DNA of 64,000 nucleotides from a virus: IMG/VR virus record IMGVR_UViG_2667527224_000001; one strand, 5' to 3'. Shown piece by piece: positions 57,247 to 64,000 of this stretch (position 1 is its first letter; each line of letters starts with the position of its first letter). The notes under the pieces were generated by a model. It saw only the letters and a program-made list of their open reading frames with translations, ran no database searches and was not told where the DNA came from. The position numbers and the translations under genes were made by a program.

Positions 57247-57648
57247 ACAGAGATAACTTCTAACCTCGTAATACTCCTTAATAAATCTTATAGTTAATTC
57301 CGCCTCGGAAAAAAGTGTGTTGACCCTATCATTCAGAATCTTAGACGTCTGCTCAAGATATCTCCAGTGGGCAAGAGAGCGCTTTAAAATTCTTAAAGTA
57401 ACAGGATAATATTCGGGAAAATTTCTAAGCTCATAAACAACAGCAATCTGCCTATCGATAAATGGAGCATCCCCTTGATTTCTTATATTCAAATCCTCTA
57501 GCAATCTATGATAACGATCGTATTGCCTCCCTCTTTCCTCAGAACGCCTTACAACTATGTAATTATAAAAAGCGATAAGAGCAATCACTATCGATATCAG
57601 AACAGCCAAAGTCCCGTTATATTCTTGAAAAAATTCTACTATATCCAC
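57226..57648 (-). CDS. Single-TM antisense cargo protein
   Basis: GGAG + GTG 57648; TM LAVLISIVIALIAFY; AT-rich. Confidence 0.7.
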   Translation of the reverse strand: MDIVEFFQEYNGTLAVLISIVIALIAFYNYIVVRRSEERGRQYDRYHRLLEDLNIRNQGDAPFIDRQIAVVYELRNFPEYYPVTLRILKRSLAHWRYLEQTSKILNDRVNTLFSEAELTIRFIKEYYEVRSYLCLDNGEG

Positions 57649-57757
57649 CTGAAACTCCTTGAACCAGCTCCGTGCCGGTAACCGATCGCATAAAACACCA
57701 TCCCCTACCAAATTGCCACCACCGGTCACGGAGGGCGGCGCCCACCCGGAGATAACC

Positions 57758-58030
57758 TTGACCCCACAATTCGAAAGCCCCAACGGGCTATGGCGGCGTC
57801 TTGGTTACGCCGTTGAGCGTGGGCCGCGCGGAGCACGGACGATTCGCCGGCCAAATGGATCTGAGGTGAACATCGACAGCGAGCGCGGACGCCACACTGG
57901 AGAGATTGAAGCGGCGCGGCAGGAGCTGGCGCGCCTGCCGCACGGCGAAAGTGCGCGCCAGGCTGCGCAGCTCCCCATCACCTATTGCACTGAGCGAAAT
58001 CTATCACTCAGACATCCTTTGGAATCATAG
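57758..58030 (+). CDS. Phage hypothetical (MTPQFES...)
   Basis: GGAG + TTG; broken copy at 8479. Confidence 0.6.
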   Translation: MTPQFESPNGLWRRLGYAVERGPRGARTIRRPNGSEVNIDSERGRHTGEIEAARQELARLPHGESARQAAQLPITYCTERNLSLRHPLES

Positions 58031-58232
58031 GGAACGGGCGATAGGAAGCGATTCTAGCGTTCAAAAATTCAGCAACCAGTTCTGCCTCCTCCATGGTCGC
58101 GCCTTCTCTCAGATCGAAAAAGGGCGGATCAGCCGGAAGTCCTGGGATGTCGTCTTGAAACGCCATAATCAAAAAGGGTCGCCCGTCGACCGTCTCCTTG
58201 ACCGTAAAGGCGACTCTGGTTTTGTAGCTCAT
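58008..58232 (-). CDS. Small antisense cargo
   Basis: AGGAGG RBS. Confidence 0.7.
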   Translation of the reverse strand: MSYKTRVAFTVKETVDGRPFLIMAFQDDIPGLPADPPFFDLREGATMEEAELVAEFLNARIASYRPFPMIPKDV

Positions 58233-58335
58233 CGCGACCTCCTTTATTCGGCGTTATACCGAACCATCAACCAATACCCCACTTCAACGAATCACGCCAG
58301 CCACCAAGAGCGGCGACTGACTCACTTACTGCGCT

Positions 58336-58494
58336 TTAGTCTTGCTTAACCCCTGTATACCAAACGCCTGTCTGCCAAACTTTCCAACTCACGATGTTGA
58401 TCTTGTGACAGTGCTCACACTGTATCTCGAACCGTTGCCTGTCATTATCGGGAACGAAGTCCATCGTTAAACCGCAGTATGCGCAATCCGACAT
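58336..58494 (-). CDS. 52-aa zinc-ribbon antisense cargo
   Basis: AAGGAG RBS; CxxC...CxxC. Confidence 0.6.
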   Translation of the reverse strand: MSDCAYCGLTMDFVPDNDRQRFEIQCEHCHKINIVSWKVWQTGVWYTGVKQD

Positions 58495-58621
58495 TCCCAA
58501 CTCCTTGTTTTCGCTATCAATCATAAAACACGCCTCAAACTGACGTTTTAAGCGTAGCCCGAATTCGCACTTTACTAAATCACGCCAGCCGGCGAGGCAG
58601 GCGCGCACCTGGAGGCAATCA

Positions 58622-58828
58622 ATGTCTACCCCCCCCCTCCGCATCAAGCGGATTGACCTGTCACGTCCGCGCATCCGTCGGCGCGTCCTGCGCGCTCTCA
58701 AATCGAGTTACAGCCTAACTGGCGGACCGATCACAAGAGCCTGGCTGTGCACTCCCGGCACTCTGGTATTCAAGCTTGGCGAATGGCGCGGTCACTACAA
58801 CGCCAAGAACGAATGGGTGCCGCTATGA
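58622..58828 (+). CDS. Early phage hypothetical
   Basis: GGAGG RBS. Confidence 0.65.
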   Translation: MSTPPLRIKRIDLSRPRIRRRVLRALKSSYSLTGGPITRAWLCTPGTLVFKLGEWRGHYNAKNEWVPL

Positions 58829-59016
58829 CACCTCATGAATTCATCGAGAAGAACGTTCACGACGAGCTGGTGAAGCAGGGATTCAAAGAGGGGATTTGCT
58901 TCTCCGTGTCCCGCCACGCTGTCGACTATTACCGCCAGCGCAGCATGTTCAAGAAGAACGTCATTGCGGATGTTCTGGCCTGGTCGAAGAAGCAGGCTAA
59001 GGAGATGTCGCGGTGA
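58825..59016 (+). CDS. Early phage hypothetical
   Basis: ATGA coupling. Confidence 0.65.
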   Translation: MTPHEFIEKNVHDELVKQGFKEGICFSVSRHAVDYYRQRSMFKKNVIADVLAWSKKQAKEMSR

Positions 59017-59081
59017 GCCACCCTCACCTACTCACCCGAACACCAACCAGAAGGCGCGAGAAGTCGTCCAACACGATTGGG

Positions 59082-59303
59082 TCAGCCAGCTATCGAGATA
59101 TGCGTTCTGGTTCCGTATGGAGGACGCATTGATGTAACCACAGAAACCTCGTACTTCCTGACTGGTTCGCCTAAAGCATTGAGCTCTTCGTAATAGTGCA
59201 CTTCGGTATCTTGCTCGCTATCCGGTCCCAACCATTCAAAGTCATTGCGGACTAGCTTATGGCCCTCTGGAATTCCAATTATTTTTTTATGCTTGTCAAT
59301 CAT
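59082..59303 (-). CDS. Small antisense cargo
   Basis: GAGGAGG RBS. Confidence 0.7.
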   Translation of the reverse strand: MIDKHKKIIGIPEGHKLVRNDFEWLGPDSEQDTEVHYYEELNALGEPVRKYEVSVVTSMRPPYGTRTHISIAG

Positions 59304-59400
59304 TGAGCCCTCCTCGGCCCTATTCCGTATCTCATCTTAACCAATACCCCGCCTCTACGAATAACTCCACCGCCCGGGCATGACCCGGAAAGGATCCCCT

Positions 59401-60324
59401 ATGCCTACAGCAATCGATTTGTTCGCCGGTCTCGGCGGATGGTCAACCGGTGCCCGCAATGCTGGTATCGATGTTCTTTGGGCCGCCAACCACTGGCCGG
59501 TCGCGGTTGAGTGGCACGGCGCCAATCACCCGGATGCAATTCACATCTGCCAGGACCTGCACCAAGCGGATTGGTCGAAGGTTCCGGCCCACGACATCAT
59601 GCTGGCTTCGCCGTGCTGCCAAGGCCATTCGAAAGCCCGCGGCAAAAAGTCAGGCAGCGCTCAGCACGATGCATCTCGATCGACAGCCTGGGCCGTCGTG
59701 TCCGCCGCCGAGTTCCACCGGCCGGAAGTGGTCTTGGTCGAGAACGTCGAAGAATTCACGGCCTGGGCCTTATACCCAGCCTGGTCACAGGCAATGGCGG
59801 CGCTCGGTTACATGATCGCGCCCCATGTCGTTGATTGCGCGGACCTTGGCGTACCGCAGCATCGCGTGCGCCTGTTTCTGGTCTGCACCCGAAGCAAGGC
59901 TCCGCTCAACCTGCAGTTGCATCAGCGCGAACACGTCCCTGCTTCATCGTTCATCGACTTTGATGCTGGCAAATGGAGTGCAGTTGAAAAGCCTGGGCGC
60001 GCCGAATCGACGCTGCTCCGGGTGAAGAACGGCCGCGAACGCTTCGGCGATCGATTCATCATGCCCTACTACGGGTCAGGGTCGGGACTTACTGGCCGCA
60101 GCCTGGATCGGCCGATCGGCACCATCACCACACTGGATCGGTGGGCCCTGGTGCGTGGCGATGAGATGCGGATGCTCTCGGCGAACGAGGCACTTGCCGC
60201 CATGTCGTTCCCAGCCGACACGAAGCGCCCGGACAACCATCGGTTGACCATGCATATGGCGGGCAACGCGGTGCCGCCGCTTGCAGGACAACGAGTAATC
60301 GAAGCTCTGCTGAGAGCAGCATGA
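59401..60324 (+). CDS. Orphan C5-cytosine DNA methyltransferase
   Basis: DLFAGLGG, SPCCQGHS, ENV, Q.R.R, GNAV. Confidence 0.9.
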   Translation: MPTAIDLFAGLGGWSTGARNAGIDVLWAANHWPVAVEWHGANHPDAIHICQDLHQADWSKVPAHDIMLASPCCQGHSKARGKKSGSAQHDASRSTAWAVVSAAEFHRPEVVLVENVEEFTAWALYPAWSQAMAALGYMIAPHVVDCADLGVPQHRVRLFLVCTRSKAPLNLQLHQREHVPASSFIDFDAGKWSAVEKPGRAESTLLRVKNGRERFGDRFIMPYYGSGSGLTGRSLDRPIGTITTLDRWALVRGDEMRMLSANEALAAMSFPADTKRPDNHRLTMHMAGNAVPPLAGQRVIEALLRAA

Positions 60325-60352
60325 CCATCCTTTAGGGCTTGATCCGGTAAGC

Positions 60353-60592
60353 CTAGTCTGCCCAGACAGCAGTGTTCATGGTGATTGCAGGATGCTGGTT
60401 GCTATCCCGATCGTACTCCTTAGCTATCCACTTTTTCATCAAGGCTGAATTCAATCGCCGCCCCTGCTGCATGATCTTCATGACCTGCTTATCGATTTTG
60501 TACGGCCCGCAGTCAGCGCACACACCTGAATACCAGTCGTCATCGCGCCTCAACTGCTGCGCGATATTAGTTCTGCAAATTATGCATGTCAT
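60353..60592 (-). CDS. 79-aa zinc-ribbon antisense cargo
   Basis: CxxC...CxxC. Confidence 0.6.
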   Translation of the reverse strand: MTCIICRTNIAQQLRRDDDWYSGVCADCGPYKIDKQVMKIMQQGRRLNSALMKKWIAKEYDRDSNQHPAITMNTAVWAD

Positions 60593-60659
60593 ATGGTCCA
60601 CAACTGCTACTCCCGGAAAACAACCTTTCAACTATAGCTGCCTGCAGTGAGGTATCCCC

Positions 60660-61292
60660 ATGCTCACAGAAAACAAACCGGCCGAGCCTGCTCCAAGCTT
60701 GGCGACCGGTCACGAACTCAACGCTGCGACTTGGTCTGACTTCGTGGCGCGGCTGCGCTATGACTGCAATGGCCCCCGGGTCCGGGATCACAGCACCGCG
60801 GCGGCCATCTTCATCGTGGAGCAACGCCGCATCGTCTGCGGTCTGGACATGGACTACACCGAGCAACGACTGGTTTATTTCCACAGCGGCGAGAGCGAAT
60901 GTTTCAGTCCGAAAGAGTACTGGGACCAGTGTGACCGGCATGAAAAGGCCGGACTGAACAAGGCCATGCAGCTCTGGTCGGAATGCCAGTTCATGAAAGC
61001 CAGTGAGGATGATCAGTGGCACGTCCTTGGCGAGTTGGAAGATCACACCGTCACCGGCTGGCAGGAAGAGTGGGTCTACGTGAATGCTCACCTGACCTAT
61101 GCAGGGGCTGAAGCCTTCATTCAGCGCAAGAAACACGATTATCGTCGTGGCCTGCGCGTCTACGTCGAATCGCAGTATTACGCCTGGGAGTTCGAAGCGA
61201 TCAAGGCTGCGATCCTCGATGGCACGCTGACCTACACGCCGAAGCCGGCAGTGAATGCCCACGATCTGGTATCGATGGAGATTGCAGGATGA
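60660..61292 (+). CDS. Early phage hypothetical
   Basis: GAGG RBS, 210 aa. Confidence 0.75.
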   Translation: MLTENKPAEPAPSLATGHELNAATWSDFVARLRYDCNGPRVRDHSTAAAIFIVEQRRIVCGLDMDYTEQRLVYFHSGESECFSPKEYWDQCDRHEKAGLNKAMQLWSECQFMKASEDDQWHVLGELEDHTVTGWQEEWVYVNAHLTYAGAEAFIQRKKHDYRRGLRVYVESQYYAWEFEAIKAAILDGTLTYTPKPAVNAHDLVSMEIAG

Positions 61293-61786
61293 GCGAAGTT
61301 CATCGCTATAACGTCGTGACGATGCTTTCTGAAAGCGGCAACCGAATCGGTTACGACCCTCACGGCCCGGCGGTTGTCATGGCTTCAGACTTCGACCGGG
61401 TAACCGCCGAGCGTGATGGCCTACAGCTGAGCCTGACCACCGCAGACCAGACCATCGACGACCTTCAGGCCGCAATCGCTCGCCGCAACCAGCGGATTGA
61501 GGAGCTCGAGCGTGACAAAGACCGCCTGGACGCCATCGAGGCGAACTTCTGGGACGTGCGCCATCACAGCGACGCACTTGCCGATACGGGTGACTACACC
61601 TCGAGTATCGAAATCGTCGGTCAATGGATGGATAAACCGAATGAGCGCGTAATCGGTGAGAACTACAGCGAGAACCTGCGGGCGGCCATTGACCAGGCCA
61701 TGACGGCGCCGGCCTATCCCCGGCTCGCCCAGAATATCCAGAGATCGACGCACTGCTCGATGCTACCGCCGCGCTATAACCCGTAA
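61289..61786 (+). CDS. Early phage hypothetical (Ea/Ead-like mosaic)
   Basis: ATGA coupling, coiled coil. Confidence 0.65.
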   Translation: MSEVHRYNVVTMLSESGNRIGYDPHGPAVVMASDFDRVTAERDGLQLSLTTADQTIDDLQAAIARRNQRIEELERDKDRLDAIEANFWDVRHHSDALADTGDYTSSIEIVGQWMDKPNERVIGENYSENLRAAIDQAMTAPAYPRLAQNIQRSTHCSMLPPRYNP

Positions 61787-61837
61787 CCCCCTCCCCCTTC
61801 AAAGTCAGCCGCTATAGCGGCAAGGACGCGCTCGACC

Positions 61838-62275
61838 ATGGAAAAGAAAAAGCTCGGCCCGGACCATTATCGCTACGTTGATGAAATCGGCCCCGATGGC
61901 CTTGAGGTTCATTGCATCACCTATCAGGTGATCGGTGAAACCGCGCAGTGCTGGTACATCGCCGATGACTACACGGTGAACATGATCAACGGCTACCAGC
62001 ACAGCTGGACCGCTGAAGCCGTGAAGAAGCGCCGCAAGCGCGTATCGAAGGATTCCGGCGGCAAGCGGTTCGCCTACCCTGACAAGGCGCATGCTCTGCG
62101 CTCCTACAAGATCCGCAAGTCGCGTCAGCTGGGGCATGCAGAACTGACGTTGGAGCGCGCCCGTGCGGCTCTTGGCTACTTCGGTGATCTGTCCGTGACC
62201 AATGAGGCGCCCGTCGCCGACAAGCTGATCATCCCGAACGAGCACATCCAGGGACTGGGCTGGGGGTATTGCTGA
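61838..62275 (+). CDS. Early phage hypothetical
   Basis: 145-aa ORF. Confidence 0.7.
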   Translation: MEKKKLGPDHYRYVDEIGPDGLEVHCITYQVIGETAQCWYIADDYTVNMINGYQHSWTAEAVKKRRKRVSKDSGGKRFAYPDKAHALRSYKIRKSRQLGHAELTLERARAALGYFGDLSVTNEAPVADKLIIPNEHIQGLGWGYC

Positions 62276-62606
62276 TGATTTTGCTCACAGCGCCAGCCCT
62301 CGCCTGGTTCGTCTGCGTGTACTGCTACAAGGAGCTGCGGGGAATAAAAATCGCCCCATCAGCCACCGAATGAACCGGACAGGAGTTCGGCAGCTGATGA
62401 GACGTAAACCTAAACAATAGCTCACTTGATCAGTTTGTCATGGGCGAAGCAATGGCGATAAGGGTTCACCCCGCCAGCCACTTCAGGGGAGAAAGCGTGT
62501 ACGCAACTGGCGAGGCGAACGAATAAACCATAGCTCGCCTGCTCCGCCTCCCTCTCACCCTTCATCCGATTTCACAATCCATCTACAAGTCTGCCGGTGA
62601 ACGGCG

Positions 62607-62849
62607 TCAAGGCAGCTGACTATCGACCCAGCGCTCTGCGGCCGACATCGCTGCATCCAAAGCGGTCGGGTAATCAGTCCACGGGCCTGACAGCTCAGCC
62701 GCGACTTCGCCCAGTCCAACGATTTGCGCTGGCTCAATGATTATTGCTGATTCGGGTACCAAGTCGTTCGGTCTCTTCCAGGCGAACTTGAGGAACATTG
62801 TGTGGCCCCGGTACACATGCGCGATCGGCACATCCAGATTGTGTGACAC
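62607..62849 (-). CDS. Small antisense cargo between 15-bp direct repeats
   Basis: GGAGG + GTG; flanked by CTGCCGGTGAACGGC. Confidence 0.7.
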   Translation of the reverse strand: MSHNLDVPIAHVYRGHTMFLKFAWKRPNDLVPESAIIIEPAQIVGLGEVAAELSGPWTDYPTALDAAMSAAERWVDSQLP

Positions 62850-62980
62850 ACGACCTCCCACAGACATATCAGTTTGAACGCATATTTTTACACCCATCCT
62901 GACGCCCATGGAATCTGGGCAAAACGCTACTAATCCATTCCCCTATAAGCCTGCCGGTGAACGGCGGGCGAGGAATTCCT

Positions 62981-63403
62981 ATGTCTGAAATACCAAAGCG
63001 TCCTTCCGCCAGCAAGGAAATCATCCTGGCGGCAGCTCAGATAGTGGCGACCAAGATTAATGCAGATGCCGAGACTATCGCTCAACACTTCCAGCCACAT
63101 ATGGACGGCTACGACCTTGCCAAAGAGCTGGATAAATGGGCTGGGTGGGACACAACTCGCGACGAGATGGAGTCGCTCGACGAAGTTGGACACCTTGTAG
63201 ACGAGGCTGTCAGGGATGCCGAGAAGGCATGGTTCGCCGAGAACGATATCCAGCCTCCAGTCCCAGTCGGGACACGAATAAAGGAAGGGCTGATTACCGG
63301 CATCTACGATTACTCGCCGGCCTCCTACCTGGTCAAGGAAGACGGCTGCCTGGACGACAGTCGACACCGGATTGTCCGCTTTGAAAACGCGGTCGCCGCC
63401 TAA
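62981..63403 (+). CDS. Early phage hypothetical
   Basis: GAGG RBS. Confidence 0.7.
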   Translation: MSEIPKRPSASKEIILAAAQIVATKINADAETIAQHFQPHMDGYDLAKELDKWAGWDTTRDEMESLDEVGHLVDEAVRDAEKAWFAENDIQPPVPVGTRIKEGLITGIYDYSPASYLVKEDGCLDDSRHRIVRFENAVAA

Positions 63404-63442
63404 TCCCCACCCCACCTTCTGCCGCCACGCGCGGCATGGAGC

Positions 63443-63862
63443 ATGTACATGGCAAACGCAACAGCGGCCAAGACCACCACTATTCCACCGAGGTTCATCA
63501 GGTTCATGGATGCGCCCGGCTATCTCGGCATGTGCAAGGACGAATTCAACAAAACGGTCAGGCCGAATGTCCGGGAGTTTCCCATCGGAAAACAGGGCGT
63601 GGGGTTCGATCGCATCGAGCTGGACGCGTGGGCTGATGCCTACGTCGAGAGCAAGTCGATTGAAAAGGCAGCCAATCAGGACAACAATCGCCCTCGCAGC
63701 GAGCGCCAGGGTGAAGCCAAAGGAGGTAAACCATGGCGAGAAAAGCGATCTCTGGTCTCTATCAAAAAGGTGGAGTCTGGCAAATCGACAAAGTTTTCCG
63801 GGGTGAGCGACTTCGAGAAAGCACTGGAACTGGTGACCGGCAAGAAGCCGAGCAGTACCTGA
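63443..63862 (+). CDS. Excisionase-like / AlpA-type protein overlapping integrase
   Basis: PRFIR..DAP.YLGM...F...VR; position. Confidence 0.6.
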   Translation: MYMANATAAKTTTIPPRFIRFMDAPGYLGMCKDEFNKTVRPNVREFPIGKQGVGFDRIELDAWADAYVESKSIEKAANQDNNRPRSERQGEAKGGKPWREKRSLVSIKKVESGKSTKFSGVSDFEKALELVTGKKPSST

Positions 63863-64000
63863 TTCACCGGCTGGAGCAACTTCGACAGCAGAAGGTATAC
63901 GGCGTACGCCGCACCAGAACTTGGGAGGAAGCGGCGACAAGATTTCTGATCGAGAGCAAAGACCAGCCCTCAATCAAACTGACGGCGCACCACCTGAAGC
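63733..64000 (+). CDS. int: Tyrosine integrase, N-terminus (truncated by window)
   Basis: GGAGG RBS; MARKAISGLYQKGGVWQIDK...RESTGT...EAEQYL...RTWEEAA.RFL. Confidence 0.75.
   Translation, partial: MARKAISGLYQKGGVWQIDKVFRGERLRESTGTGDRQEAEQYLIHRLEQLRQQKVYGVRRTRTWEEAATRFLIESKDQPSIKLTAHHLK

Larger units (their letters stand above)
12950..64000. mobile_element. Near-complete lambdoid siphoviral prophage (continues past window end)
   Basis: Ordered lysis-tail-head-terminase-holin-Q-replication-cro/cI-recombination-xis-int modules; left boundary inferred from att core. Confidence 0.9.

Noticed and set aside
58629-58637. C9 run as a phase-variation switch
   Set aside because: Encodes in-frame Thr-Pro-Pro-Leu; no evidence of variation from one sequence
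1-64000. CRISPR array, reverse transcriptase/DGR, invertase-shufflon, IS transposase
   Set aside because: No regularly spaced repeat-spacer array and no RT, serine recombinase or transposase motifs recognised in any ORF

Overview
The whole window is prophage DNA, most likely from a Pseudomonas genome (inferred from the gene families). It contains two related, same-orientation temperate siphophage elements joined at a 48-bp 3' fragment of tRNA-Pro(GGG) (12902-12949, att core). The left element (<1-12.9 kb) is cryptic: a large deletion fuses its lysis arm to its recombination arm, and many genes are broken (YqaJ, DNA methylase, PAPS-reductase-like gene, integrase). It still carries two intact-looking DUF4214 surface-protein genes, one an 891-aa S-layer/RTX-like protein. 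The right element (12.95 kb to >64 kb) looks nearly complete: lysis, tail, head, terminase, holin, HicAB, Q, replication, cro/cI, ERF-YqaJ-SSB, C5 methylase, xis and the start of an integrase. Most notable observations: the DUF4214 motif also occurs in the right phage's tape-measure protein; antisense cargo cassettes are bounded by short direct repeats, with one site empty in one prophage and filled in the other; hicAB operators share the CI half-site; the pL leader has an rrn-like boxB-boxA and extensive RNA structure; an LRAT/NC-domain cargo gene; an ATA start on the tail tube gene; and direct repeats that could excise a ~50-kb hybrid phage. All family assignments come from motif recognition, not database searches.
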